Source: Chitinophagales bacterium
GTDB taxonomy: Bacteria > Bacteroidota > Bacteroidia > Chitinophagales > CAIODY01
Assembly (NCBI GenBank): GCA_947452995.1
Contig: CANGEV010000001.1
Location: 389,040 to 453,039, forward strand
Direction of reading: 5' to 3'
Length of the DNA stretch: 64,000 bases
Part shown: in pieces, positions 29,143 to 39,088 of the stretch
How the letters are laid out: each line of letters begins with the position of its first letter
Numbering within the stretch: position 1 is the stretch's first letter
Program-made: the position numbers and the translations under genes
The notes under the pieces: model-generated
Told to the model about the DNA's origin: nothing
Databases searched by the model: none
The model's input: the letters and a program-made list of their open reading frames with translations, nothing else

Positions 29143-29672
29143 GAATTGTAGGCGGTCAATTTAAGGGTTTTACTTTTCAACCACCAAAGGTTATGCCTGC
29201 AAGGCCAACGACTGACTATGCGAAGGAAGGTATATTCAATATTTTACAAAACATGTACGATTGGGAATCAATCAAAGTACTTGATTTATTTGGCGGCACA
29301 GGAAGTATCAGTTATGAATTAGCTTCTAGAGGCTGTACAGATATAACTTGTGTTGAAATGGATGCCAAGTTAATAAGCTTCATTCAAAAGAATAGAGCGA
29401 GTTTGAAAATTGAGGACACCTGTAAGGTGATTAAAATGGATGTCTTTAGATTTATCAATAGTCAACCAGGACAATATGATTTAATTTTCGCAGACCCACC
29501 CTATCAATTGGCACATTTAGAGAGTTTACCTGATTTGATCTTTGCAAACTCATTACTTAAGGAGGATGGCTTATTTGTTATGGAACACGATTCTAAAAAC
29601 AGGTTTGAAGAACATCCGCATTTCAAACGGAGCCGCAACTACGGAAACACTATTTTTTCATTATTTTCCTAA
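29139..29672 (+). CDS. rsmD: 16S rRNA (guanine(966)-N(2))-methyltransferase
   Basis: 177 aa. RPTTD, LDLFGGTG and IFADPPY motifs. Confidence 0.88.
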   Translation: MRIVGGQFKGFTFQPPKVMPARPTTDYAKEGIFNILQNMYDWESIKVLDLFGGTGSISYELASRGCTDITCVEMDAKLISFIQKNRASLKIEDTCKVIKMDVFRFINSQPGQYDLIFADPPYQLAHLESLPDLIFANSLLKEDGLFVMEHDSKNRFEEHPHFKRSRNYGNTIFSLFS

Positions 29673-29675
29673 GGC

Positions 29676-31580
29676 ATGATTATGCTCTTTCCTATACGTT
29701 ATCCTTTTTTACGTCAAGCCTATAAACATGTTATTGGATTTGTTTATCTATTTGTATGGCAACAACTTTTTTTTCTTTTATATTTTTGGAATCGAACCTT
29801 CAATTTAGAGTCTTGGTCGACCTTTAACAGTTTATGGCATGCATTGCCATTACATTTAAGTACGGCATGTTATTTAACAGCACTTTATCTTCCTTTCTTT
29901 TTCACGTTTTCCAAATGGAAGGATAATGAGGTATGGCAAGGATTATGGAAAGGGTTAAGTGCTATAGTGATTACATTAACAACGATTATTTTTTGCGTAG
30001 ACATCGTAGTTTACGAGGAAATGGGAATCAAATTACATTACAAAATTCTCTTTCACTTACAAAATCCGGTGGAGGTTATCACATCTGTCTCCACTAAAAC
30101 ATGGCTGATTGGAATTATGTGTATCAGCGTTTTCTCGCACTGGTTTTATCGCCGGTTTCAAAAAAGGACCTTTGAAAGCTTATATAAAAATGAAACACGA
30201 AGTCTCGCTCCTTTTAATTGGCTAAGGAACAGTCTAGAAATCATTTTACTGATCGGACTTTTATTTTTGGGTATTCGTGGTGGATGGCGACCAATCCCCA
30301 TTAATGAGAGTAACGTATACTACTCAAGCAAACAGGTATTGAATGACGCGGCTGTAAATCCAAGTTGGACTTTGATGCATTCCTACTTAAACAATAAACA
30401 AGCGGGCGATAAAAATCCTTATCAATTTATGGATGATAAGACTGCTTCGCAAATTATTGATACGTTTTATACCCCTAACCAGTATGATTCATGTAGTACA
30501 TTATTTAGTGTCCATAAACCTAATATTGCTATTTTAATTTTGGAGGGATGGAGTGCCAATGTAGTAGCCTCTTGTGGCGGGGATGCGGGCCTAACAAGTA
30601 ATTTTGATGCTTTGAGTAAAGAGGGAATGCTTTTCACGCAAGCCTATTGCAGTGGACATACCAGTGATCAAGGCATACCTGCTATATTAAGTGGATTTCC
30701 TGCACAACCCATAACAACAATTTTATCAAACAACAGTAAGTATCCTCATTTACCTTGTTTAAACAGAGACTTAAAACCTTTAGGCTATCATTCTTCTTTT
30801 CTATTTGGTGGACAGTTAACATATGGCAATATAAAAAGCTATTTATACTATGAGGGCTTTGATGAGGTCAAAGAACAGGACAATTTTGATGCGCCAAGTG
30901 AATTAGTAGGCAAACTCGGCATTCATGATAAATATATGTTCAAGGCATGGGGAAATCAGCTTGCGAAAGAACAACAGCCATTTTTATCGGTTTTATTTAC
31001 CGCGAGCACACATTCCCCTTTTGATGGGAAATATATTAGGCGAGTAAATGGCGGCGGTGATGAACACGAATACATCAATAGTATTTATTATGCAGACAGT
31101 TGCTTGGGCGCATTTTTTAACTGGGCGAAATTACAACCCTGGTATTCAAATACTATATTTATTATCGTAGCTGATCATGGACATCATAGTCCGAGGGAAC
31201 ATGATTATGCATGTGTATCCCATTATCAAATACCGCTACTTATTTGCGGAGGTGGCTTAAATAAAAAATATGCGGGCTCCATTCATGGACAAGTAGTTTC
31301 GCAGACAGATATTGCACACACAATACTTCATGCGGCCAATATCAGTAGTGCTACTTATCGTTGGAGTAAGAGCTTATTAAATCCGAAAGAAGCATTCGCT
31401 TTTTTTGATTTTTATGAAGGATATGGTTGGGTTGATGGAAACGGAGCATTGGTTTGGAACAAACTAGCTGGAGAGAAATATACGACGGACACATACAATG
31501 CAGGGGCTATTAAAGAAAAAGCCCAGCTTAAAAGCCGGGCTCATTTACAAGATGTATTTGCTAAGTATTTGAGCTATTAA
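29676..31580 (+). CDS. LTA-synthase-family sulfatase-fold membrane protein (phosphoglycerol/phosphoethanolamine-transferase-like)
   Basis: About 5 N-terminal TM helices, then an alkaline-phosphatase-superfamily domain (ILILEGWSA..., CSGHTSDQG, VADHGHHSP). Confidence 0.8.
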   Translation: MIMLFPIRYPFLRQAYKHVIGFVYLFVWQQLFFLLYFWNRTFNLESWSTFNSLWHALPLHLSTACYLTALYLPFFFTFSKWKDNEVWQGLWKGLSAIVITLTTIIFCVDIVVYEEMGIKLHYKILFHLQNPVEVITSVSTKTWLIGIMCISVFSHWFYRRFQKRTFESLYKNETRSLAPFNWLRNSLEIILLIGLLFLGIRGGWRPIPINESNVYYSSKQVLNDAAVNPSWTLMHSYLNNKQAGDKNPYQFMDDKTASQIIDTFYTPNQYDSCSTLFSVHKPNIAILILEGWSANVVASCGGDAGLTSNFDALSKEGMLFTQAYCSGHTSDQGIPAILSGFPAQPITTILSNNSKYPHLPCLNRDLKPLGYHSSFLFGGQLTYGNIKSYLYYEGFDEVKEQDNFDAPSELVGKLGIHDKYMFKAWGNQLAKEQQPFLSVLFTASTHSPFDGKYIRRVNGGGDEHEYINSIYYADSCLGAFFNWAKLQPWYSNTIFIIVADHGHHSPREHDYACVSHYQIPLLICGGGLNKKYAGSIHGQVVSQTDIAHTILHAANISSATYRWSKSLLNPKEAFAFFDFYEGYGWVDGNGALVWNKLAGEKYTTDTYNAGAIKEKAQLKSRAHLQDVFAKYLSY

Positions 31581-32782
31581 GCTTTCAATACTCCGAGTTC
31601 TTTACCTACTTTAGTGAAGGCCGCAATAGCCTTATCCAAGTGATGACGATCATGGGCTGCAGAAATTTGAACACGGATACGTGCCTTTCCTTTGGCCACA
31701 ACAGGATAGAAGAAACCTATCACATAAACACCTTCATCTAATAATGCAGCGGCGAAATTCTGGGCTAAAACTGCATCGTAAAGCATAATTGGAACAATAG
31801 GATGCTCCCCTTCTTTAATATCAAAACCAGCTGTTGTCATTTCCTTACGGAAATACTGGGTATTATCCCATAACTTATCACGAAGGCTGGTGGTACTGCT
31901 CAGCAAGTCGATAACAGCAATAGAGGCCCCTACAATAGAAGGTGCTAAGGTATTACTAAACAAATAAGGACGACTTCTTTGACGTAACATTTCAATAATT
32001 TCTTTACGTCCGGAAGTAAATCCACCCAATGCTCCACCGAGTGCTTTACCCAATGTACCTGTTATGATATCTATACGTCCCATCACGTTACGATATTCAT
32101 GTGTACCACGACCTGTTTTGCCCATGAAACCTGAAGCATGACATTCGTCCATCATGATTAAAGCATCGTATTTATCGGCTAATTCACAAATTTTATCCAT
32201 TTGTGCGATGGTTCCATCCATTGAAAAGACGCCGTCAGTGACGATGATTCTACTACGCAAATGAGCGGTTGCTTGCAATTGCTTTTCCAAATCCGCCATA
32301 TCATTATGCAAATAGCGATATCGTTGTGCTTTACACAAGCGGACGCCATCAATAATAGAGGCATGATTTAATTCATCAGAAATTATTGCATCCTCTTCAT
32401 TGAATAAAGGTTCGAACACTCCTCCGTTTGCATCGAAGGCTGCTGCATAAAGAATGGTATCTTCAGTACCTAGGAATTGAGCTATTTTTTGTTCAAGCGT
32501 TTTATGAATGTCTTGTGTACCGCAAATAAATCGAACGCTGCTCATGCCGAAGCCACGACTGTGCAATGCATCTTCAGCCCCTTTAATAGTGGCAGGATGA
32601 GAAGATAAACCGAGATAATTATTCGCGCAAAAATTAACAACGTTTAACGTTCCTTTACCAGGCACATCAACGGTGATATCAGCACCTTGCGGAGACGTTA
32701 TAATTCGTTCCTTTTTAAACAAGCCACTCTCTTCAATCTGCTGCAGCTCTGCTGCCAATCTTTTCTGTACGTTTGAATACAT
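31577..32782 (-). CDS. kbl: glycine C-acetyltransferase (2-amino-3-ketobutyrate CoA ligase)
   Basis: Collinear, high similarity to E. coli Kbl as I remember it: GLFKKERIITSPQGADI, NFCANNYLGL, VRFICGTQD, SMDG, and the PLP-lysine context GTLGKALGG. Confidence 0.92.
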   Translation of the reverse strand: MYSNVQKRLAAELQQIEESGLFKKERIITSPQGADITVDVPGKGTLNVVNFCANNYLGLSSHPATIKGAEDALHSRGFGMSSVRFICGTQDIHKTLEQKIAQFLGTEDTILYAAAFDANGGVFEPLFNEEDAIISDELNHASIIDGVRLCKAQRYRYLHNDMADLEKQLQATAHLRSRIIVTDGVFSMDGTIAQMDKICELADKYDALIMMDECHASGFMGKTGRGTHEYRNVMGRIDIITGTLGKALGGALGGFTSGRKEIIEMLRQRSRPYLFSNTLAPSIVGASIAVIDLLSSTTSLRDKLWDNTQYFRKEMTTAGFDIKEGEHPIVPIMLYDAVLAQNFAAALLDEGVYVIGFFYPVVAKGKARIRVQISAAHDRHHLDKAIAAFTKVGKELGVLKA

Positions 32783-32796
32783 GAATATTATTTTTA

Positions 32797-33759
32797 TTAA
32801 TTAGAAGAACCCGTCTTTGCCATTTTTGCATAAACTTTCAAAATCTCACGAGTAATACGAAGACGGCGCGTATCCTTAGCATCATACGGCAATGAATACA
32901 TACCGCAAATCGTTCCATCCTCTGCACTGATTAGATAGTGTACCATATCATTAAGATTACCTGGTGCAATCATCGGGACCAATGCATCTCCCGAAGCGCG
33001 GATCAAATATTGTTGAATGCTATCACGTTCATCAATTACATATTCATAAGGGTAGGCTTTATGAATCACCTGCTCGTTCAATTCATTATCATCTATTTCT
33101 GTACGATCCATATATAACGTTTTATTCTTAATTAATTTGCCTGAATTCTTTACAGTTAGTTTAATTTGGCTTTCAGACAACCCTTCCGACTTATTAGCCA
33201 AATTGAACTGCATCACATGAATTGCAAAAACCATATCACCAATTGAAGGAGCTTGATAAGGCAATTTAACGACATCCAAAGCAGGCTTACTTGGTAACAT
33301 ATTTTCAGGTGTACGTAACTCAAAGCATCCCCATTCTTCAGGAGTTGATAAACGTTTGTAAGGCAAAACGGCATTAATTACTTGGGAAGGTGGCGCAGGA
33401 TTATCCCGTTGTTGTTGATAAATCAGCACAACATAATTTTTAGCTGCCTTACCCTTTACCATTTTCATCATTTCTGCATACGAATGAAACTCATACTTCT
33501 CAGTAAAACGCCACCATTTTTCAACTGCAGCTTTTAGGTTCTCATTGAAATATTCGATATCCTGCTTATAGGCTTCATAATCTTCCGGTGTCTTTTTCAA
33601 TTTAGTTGTTTTTTTCGGGTCTTCACTCTGTAAAACAACAATAGTCGTTCTTTTAGCTGCATCAACAAACGCTTCCTTTTTTAAAGGAGCATTAGCCATT
33701 TGTGCTTTAGCTGTAATCCCAAGGAATAGGCTTAGAATAATCAAAAAATAATTTTTCAT
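32797..33759 (-). CDS. secreted protein of unknown function
   Basis: Signal peptide MKNYFLIILSLFLGITAKAQ. No recognisable motifs. Short gaps to its flanking genes on the same strand. Confidence 0.45.
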   Translation of the reverse strand: MKNYFLIILSLFLGITAKAQMANAPLKKEAFVDAAKRTTIVVLQSEDPKKTTKLKKTPEDYEAYKQDIEYFNENLKAAVEKWWRFTEKYEFHSYAEMMKMVKGKAAKNYVVLIYQQQRDNPAPPSQVINAVLPYKRLSTPEEWGCFELRTPENMLPSKPALDVVKLPYQAPSIGDMVFAIHVMQFNLANKSEGLSESQIKLTVKNSGKLIKNKTLYMDRTEIDDNELNEQVIHKAYPYEYVIDERDSIQQYLIRASGDALVPMIAPGNLNDMVHYLISAEDGTICGMYSLPYDAKDTRRLRITREILKVYAKMAKTGSSN

Positions 33760-33793
33760 GGATAGGATGAATTTAGAGTAAAGTTAATAATTC

Positions 33794-35551
33794 TTACAAA
33801 TACCTACGTAGTTGAAAGGATGGATACCAGTTTTTTTGAAGGTTTCGTGTTAATGCTAAATAATTCATTCGTGCCGACCAACTCCATTTCGATTGTATCG
33901 ATTTATACTCATAACCAAATGAAGGATTCCAAATGGAAAACAAATGATTTTTAGCCATGAAATTACTAGCATATTTTGATTCAAGTGAAGCATTATTCAC
34001 TTGAATAAATCGGTAGCTAAAAGGATCGAAAACAATTGAATTAAACCAAACACTTTCCAACATAGAAATCTTGGCAAGGCCAAGCGGGGCTGTAATGTTC
34101 GTAGGAGAAAACCATCCATAAGACACACTAAAAGCTAGCCATAAATTAGATTCTTTGTGTTTCATGCGAGAGTCGTGGCCAAACCAAAAGTTTTTACCAA
34201 AACCAACATGAAAATCAACATCAGGAAACAAATTGGAAGCAAATAACTTTGGCATTGCGACATTTGTTCCTACAAATATACCGTTGCGCGAACTGGTAAA
34301 CTCCACCTGCCCTAATTCAACTGGAAGAGGAATGACTCGCATTGCGGTATATTGACGCATAAAAATTGCAATAATTTGTTTTTCGGACTTATCATGTAGC
34401 TCTTCTAGTATTGTTTGCGAAGTGGGATACTTTGTATGTTGCATAAAACGAGACCAAACATCATTGATAGAGTTGATACTTGCTTGTAAGACTTTTTGAT
34501 AATTAATTTGATTGGTATCAAGATACCCATCGCCATAGGCTATCCAAGGAGAGACTTCTACATTATCAACTTGAATACCTTCTTTATTATAGTAATCATG
34601 AGCTCCTTTCCCATTGTAATTCTTCAAATCTTTTTGTTTAACAACCAAATGACCGCTAGTAAAGGAATCTTGTAAAAAATGATCAGCGTATGCGTTAAAG
34701 AGAAAGGCTAATTGCATTAAAAGAAGCCCCTTTTTATTCGCTTCGTAATTTAAGTTCTGCTTCGAAAACTCTATTCCTGCCCAGTCAGCAAACTGCAATG
34801 AAACGGTATGAAGCACACAATATTTAGTTGCAATATTCTCTTTTTGGATACTACTTATAAAACTATCGATTTGCGCAATATTTAATTTCCATTCAGTTGT
34901 GTTAATAGCTGCTCCACGATAAAAAAACTGTCGGCCAATATTATACTCTAACACTGAATTCTGTCTTCCTTCTGGAATAGCCACCAATCGAAGAACTCCA
35001 TTACTTAATTCATCACTCATGGAATGAGTAACACCGAATTCTGCAAAATGCGACGTATTTTCAATTGAAAAATGGGAACCATCCGCAAAAATCGTATGTA
35101 TATCATTATAGGCATCCTCTTTATTAAGGGAAATATTTTCAACCTTATAATGATGTTTGATTTTAGAAATAATAGAAGAATCTTTCATTGCATTTGCAAC
35201 TGAACGATTATCCCAACTTGACCAATATTGCGGATACAAACGTACCAACATATAAAACATTTGATCAAATTCTTTTTCGTAGGTGCCTGATACGGCCGTC
35301 AAATCTCCGTACGTTATTGTCTGTAAAGATTGTGTCGAAATATTTAAAATAGAAGCTCGTTGCTGACTCGCTTGTAATGCAAGCATTTTTTGCCAGATGA
35401 CGGCTCTATTAGCATCCACAGATAAGGATTTGTTGAATGCTTGATCACCTATAAACTTGTGCTCCCCATACCAAAAAGCAAAATTCTCTTTTGGGGTTAA
35501 AAATAATACAAGAAATAAAAAATAAAATACAAATCGTTGAACGCTTATCAT
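33794..35551 (-). CDS. secreted protein with a zinc phospholipase C / S1-P1 nuclease-like metal motif and a beta-rich C-terminal domain
   Basis: Signal peptide ending ...ENFA, then FWYGEHKFIGD. HFLQDSFTSGH (H-x3-D-x5-H, codons at 34649-34681). The C-terminal ~170 aa have alternating aromatic/polar strands. Confidence 0.4.
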   Translation of the reverse strand: MISVQRFVFYFLFLVLFLTPKENFAFWYGEHKFIGDQAFNKSLSVDANRAVIWQKMLALQASQQRASILNISTQSLQTITYGDLTAVSGTYEKEFDQMFYMLVRLYPQYWSSWDNRSVANAMKDSSIISKIKHHYKVENISLNKEDAYNDIHTIFADGSHFSIENTSHFAEFGVTHSMSDELSNGVLRLVAIPEGRQNSVLEYNIGRQFFYRGAAINTTEWKLNIAQIDSFISSIQKENIATKYCVLHTVSLQFADWAGIEFSKQNLNYEANKKGLLLMQLAFLFNAYADHFLQDSFTSGHLVVKQKDLKNYNGKGAHDYYNKEGIQVDNVEVSPWIAYGDGYLDTNQINYQKVLQASINSINDVWSRFMQHTKYPTSQTILEELHDKSEKQIIAIFMRQYTAMRVIPLPVELGQVEFTSSRNGIFVGTNVAMPKLFASNLFPDVDFHVGFGKNFWFGHDSRMKHKESNLWLAFSVSYGWFSPTNITAPLGLAKISMLESVWFNSIVFDPFSYRFIQVNNASLESKYASNFMAKNHLFSIWNPSFGYEYKSIQSKWSWSARMNYLALTRNLQKNWYPSFQLRRYL

Positions 35552-35563
35552 TGGGTGTGGTGT

Positions 35564-36517
35564 TTATCCTAAATAATTTTGTTGTAATTGATCGATTCGT
35601 GAAAGGCAATCATTCCAAATTTCATTCACGACACTTTCGGCTGAAACAATTGAATCAATATGTGCAGAGACTTGACCAATCTCCAATTCACCCGCTACTA
35701 AATCTCCCTCAAACATCCCTCTCTTTGCTCTAGCACGACCAAGGACATCCATCAATATTTCTTTACTTGCTCCTTGACTTTCCAATAACTGAATTTGTTC
35801 TGCAAATTCATTTTTCAGTAAGCGTACTGGGGTTAACGATTTAAGACTCAATTTTGTATCCCCTTCCGTTGCGGAGAGTATACGTTCTTTAAATTTCAAA
35901 TGCGCACTAGATTCTAAACATGCCACGAAGCGACTACCAATTTGCACTCCATCAGCGCCAAGCGCTAGACAGGCAGCCATCGCAGCACCTGACCCAACGC
36001 CACCCGCTGCTAATAGTGGAATTTTAATTGCAGAAGCTACTGCAGGAATCAAACAGAGTGTAGTGGTTTCTTCTCTTCCATTGTGCCCTCCGGCCTCAAA
36101 GCCTTCCGCAACTACAGCATCTACACCTGCCTCTTCACATTTTACAGCAAATTTAGAACTACTTACCACATGGGCAACTTTTATTCCAGCAGCCTGCAAT
36201 TTACTAGTCCAAGTTTTGGGATTTCCCGCTGATGTAAATACAATAGGGACTTTTTCCTCTATTATTATTTTCATCAGTTGCTCGATGTCAGGATAGAGCA
36301 AAGGTACATTTACGCCGAATGGTTTGACGGTCGCTTGTTTACATCGTTGAATATGCATACGTAAAACATCAGGATACATAGATCCTGCACCAATTAAACC
36401 GAGACCACCGGCATTACTCACTGCAGCTGCCAATTCCCATCCGGAGCACCAAATCATACCGCCTTGTATAATTGGTATTTCTATTTGAAACAGTTCACAA
36501 ATCCGATTTTTCTGCAT
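35564..36517 (-). CDS. NAD(P)H-dependent flavin oxidoreductase of the nitronate monooxygenase / FabK-like family
   Basis: 317 aa. IIQGGMIWCS, AEGFEAGGH and LAAGGVGSG motifs. Confidence 0.85.
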   Translation of the reverse strand: MQKNRICELFQIEIPIIQGGMIWCSGWELAAAVSNAGGLGLIGAGSMYPDVLRMHIQRCKQATVKPFGVNVPLLYPDIEQLMKIIIEEKVPIVFTSAGNPKTWTSKLQAAGIKVAHVVSSSKFAVKCEEAGVDAVVAEGFEAGGHNGREETTTLCLIPAVASAIKIPLLAAGGVGSGAAMAACLALGADGVQIGSRFVACLESSAHLKFKERILSATEGDTKLSLKSLTPVRLLKNEFAEQIQLLESQGASKEILMDVLGRARAKRGMFEGDLVAGELEIGQVSAHIDSIVSAESVVNEIWNDCLSRIDQLQQNYLG

Positions 36518-36561
36518 GGCCGAAATTACAAAATCTTTAAGTAAAAACTAACGAATTTAGC

Positions 36562-36606
36562 ACCTCAAATTCGACGAAAAAAGTCGAAAAAGATTAACTT
36601 TGAGGT
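36562..36606. promoter_or_regulatory. nested inverted repeat in the divergent promoter region
   Basis: Outer arms ACCTCAAA (36562-36569) and TTTGAGGT (36599-36606) enclose an inner hairpin TTCGAC-GAAAAAA-GTCGAA (36570-36588). Confidence 0.3.
36595..36602 (+). promoter_or_regulatory. -7 promoter box (TAnnTTTG) for ridA-coaX
   Basis: TAACTTTG ends 7 nt before the ATG at 36610. Confidence 0.3.
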
Positions 36607-36609
36607 AAT

Positions 36610-36990
36610 ATGAAAAAGAGCATTATCAATACAAATCATGCGCCAGCGCCTATTGGCCCTTATAGCCAAGCAGTAATGGTTGACAATACGCTTTATGTGA
36701 GTGGCCAAATTGCCATTGACCCTGCAACAGGTGAATTAAATATTGCTGATTTAGAAACAGAAACAAAACAAGTCTTAGCCAATTTAAAGGCTGTACTTTC
36801 AGCTGCCGAGATGGACTTCAGTCATATTGTAAAAACGGGGATCTTTCTTAGTGATATGGCACATTTTGGCAAAGTGAATGAACTTTACGGCGGATGTTTT
36901 GAAAAAGATTTTCCTGCACGCGAAACCGTTGCAGTAAAGACTTTACCCAAAAATGTGAATGTAGAAATTTCGGCTATCGCTGTTAAATAA
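36610..36990 (+). CDS. ridA: RidA (YjgF/UK114) family reactive-intermediate deaminase
   Basis: 126 aa. APAPIGPYSQA, YVSGQI and PARETVAV motifs. Confidence 0.9.
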   Translation: MKKSIINTNHAPAPIGPYSQAVMVDNTLYVSGQIAIDPATGELNIADLETETKQVLANLKAVLSAAEMDFSHIVKTGIFLSDMAHFGKVNELYGGCFEKDFPARETVAVKTLPKNVNVEISAIAVK

Positions 36991-37733
36991 TGTACGGCAA
37001 AAACTCAATTGTTTTATTAATTGACGAGGGCAATACCTACGTAAAATGGGCCGTTTTTGACCAGAAGCAACAACTTGCGAGTGGAATAAAAAAAACGATC
37101 TCCGCTACTTTTATTATTTCACTTCAAAGGCAATTTCCAGGCCTTAAGAATATATTTTTAAGTAGTGTTCGCCAAAAAGGAATTACCAAGTTGGCAAGTT
37201 TAAAAAGTTGGAATATTCAACAGCTGAATCCCAAATCAAGCCTTCCCTTTAAGAGCCTTTATAAAACACCTAAAAGCTTAGGGGCTGACAGAAAAGCCTT
37301 AGTTAGTGCAGCATGTACTTTTTATCCCGCTCATGATGTATTGATCATAGGAGCAGGAACATGCATCACCTATGATTTTAAAGACCGTAATAATGTCTAT
37401 CATGGCGGAGCAATCAGTCCTGGTTTACAAATGCGCTTGGATGCAATGGCACAATTCACAGCCAAGCTACCGAAGCTTAATGCACAAAAGCTAATCTCTA
37501 CGGAAGGCAACGACACTAATTCAGCCATGTTTAAAGGCGCTTTGGAAGGCCTCACCCACGAGATCAATGGCTTTATCGATACTTATAAAAAAACGTATGG
37601 CGCTTCCTTAAAAATAATGCTTTCAGGAGGCGATGCTTTACGTTTGGAAAGCAGTTTAAAAAGAAGGATATTTGTAGAACCTCATCTTGTACTTTATGGG
37701 CTATTAAGCCTTTATGAATTGAACCAAAAATGA
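36990..37733 (+). CDS. coaX: type III pantothenate kinase
   Basis: LLIDEGNTYVKWAVF (DxGNT), LGADR and GAGTCITYD motifs. The start overlaps the ridA stop (TAATG). Confidence 0.88.
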   Translation: MYGKNSIVLLIDEGNTYVKWAVFDQKQQLASGIKKTISATFIISLQRQFPGLKNIFLSSVRQKGITKLASLKSWNIQQLNPKSSLPFKSLYKTPKSLGADRKALVSAACTFYPAHDVLIIGAGTCITYDFKDRNNVYHGGAISPGLQMRLDAMAQFTAKLPKLNAQKLISTEGNDTNSAMFKGALEGLTHEINGFIDTYKKTYGASLKIMLSGGDALRLESSLKRRIFVEPHLVLYGLLSLYELNQK

Positions 37734-39016
37734 AAAAAACGCTCTATACTTTGTTGATTCTCTCTTTACACAGCATGGTGTATAGTCAAATTAACGCTCC
37801 TTTATCCGCTTATGGTCCGGGTATGTTATATTCAGGCAGCAGCGTCGCAGCGATGGGACGAGGTTATACGGGTGTAACCTTCAATGAATCGAACACCACC
37901 CTGCTTAACTTTCAGAATCCCGCTTCTTATAGCAAATTGCATTATACCTGTTTTGACGCTTCTGTTGTTAGTCTTTCAGGAGGCCCTAATAATGGCACCC
38001 TTAAGCAATCTGGATTCACTATGCAGCCAGCACACCTTGCACTTGGCTTATCCTTGATTAACAAACATAATTACCAAGCACAAAATGACAAGTTTCGTAT
38101 GGGTGCTTCGGTAGGACTTTTGCCTTACAGCAAAGTAGCTTACTATTTACAAGGCACACAAACTAATAGTGCGGGAACACAAAATGTATTTTACAAAGGC
38201 GATGGTAATTGGTATCAAGCTTATGTAGGTACGGGTATTTCATGGAAAGGCTTTTCCTTCGGAGCGCAGTTGGCACACTATTTTGGTAACATAAACTATC
38301 GCACTTCCATTTACTGGCCTGATTCAGTGTATGCTTTAGGTTCGCGGTTATATGAAAATTACCATCCAAATGGTTCGCAACTTACCTTAGGGAGCCAATA
38401 TTCATTCAAAATAAACACGATGAATAGTTTAGAAATTGCAGGCACTTATACTGGCATGAAAGATATTTCATTGCGGTATCAAAGCATTTATGAACGTTTC
38501 AATCATATTGGTACTGCCGTTGATTCTATCGGCAATACCAATGATCAAAAAACAAGTATAACTCTTCCTACTGCTTATGCTGCAGGTTTTTCTTGGAGCC
38601 ATGGAACGCGTTGGATGGTGGCTGCCAACTATCGTTTTACGCAATGGAGCGTTTTCTCATTAGCAAATAGAAGTCAAGATTTAAAAAACACCGTACTATA
38701 TTCTTTAGGCGGAAGTTTTATTCCTGATGAAACATCGTTGCAGTTCTTATCCCGCTGTACTTACCGTGTAGGAGCATACTATGGGGATGATTTTATTAAG
38801 AACAACCCTGCTTTAAAAGGACTTACCTTAGGGATGGGCATGAAATTCTTTAGCAATAATTTAAGCACCTACAAATTGCCATTCTACCTTAATTTAGGCT
38901 TAGACTTAGGCTCGAGAGGTAACCTAGTAAATGGAGGAACCCAAGAAAATTTTACCCGCTTCCAATTCGGCATTTCATTGACGGAGGAATGGTTCCAACG
39001 CAGAAAGTTTGATTAA
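37730..39016 (+). CDS. putative outer-membrane beta-barrel protein (FadL/PorV-like N-terminal motif)
   Basis: Signal peptide. AAMGRGYTGV...FQNPAS hatch-like motif. Alternating beta-strand pattern throughout. ATGA overlap with coaX. Confidence 0.45.
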   Translation: MKKTLYTLLILSLHSMVYSQINAPLSAYGPGMLYSGSSVAAMGRGYTGVTFNESNTTLLNFQNPASYSKLHYTCFDASVVSLSGGPNNGTLKQSGFTMQPAHLALGLSLINKHNYQAQNDKFRMGASVGLLPYSKVAYYLQGTQTNSAGTQNVFYKGDGNWYQAYVGTGISWKGFSFGAQLAHYFGNINYRTSIYWPDSVYALGSRLYENYHPNGSQLTLGSQYSFKINTMNSLEIAGTYTGMKDISLRYQSIYERFNHIGTAVDSIGNTNDQKTSITLPTAYAAGFSWSHGTRWMVAANYRFTQWSVFSLANRSQDLKNTVLYSLGGSFIPDETSLQFLSRCTYRVGAYYGDDFIKNNPALKGLTLGMGMKFFSNNLSTYKLPFYLNLGLDLGSRGNLVNGGTQENFTRFQFGISLTEEWFQRRKFD

Positions 39017-39088
39017 ACGTTAATTAGGTATGAGCTTGCTAGAATCAAACCAACTACACTATTCATTAAAGTAGCGTTTTTGAACTTG

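Noticed and set aside
31577-32782. Whether the alpha-oxoamine synthase is a serine palmitoyltransferase (sphingolipid synthesis) or BioF rather than Kbl.
   Set aside because: The sequence is collinear with E. coli Kbl, and nearly identical in long blocks as I remember it (NFCANNYLGL, VRFICGTQD, NHASIIDGVRLCKA, RSRPYLFSN). It is therefore a genuine Kbl. No tdh partner lies in the window, but that is common.
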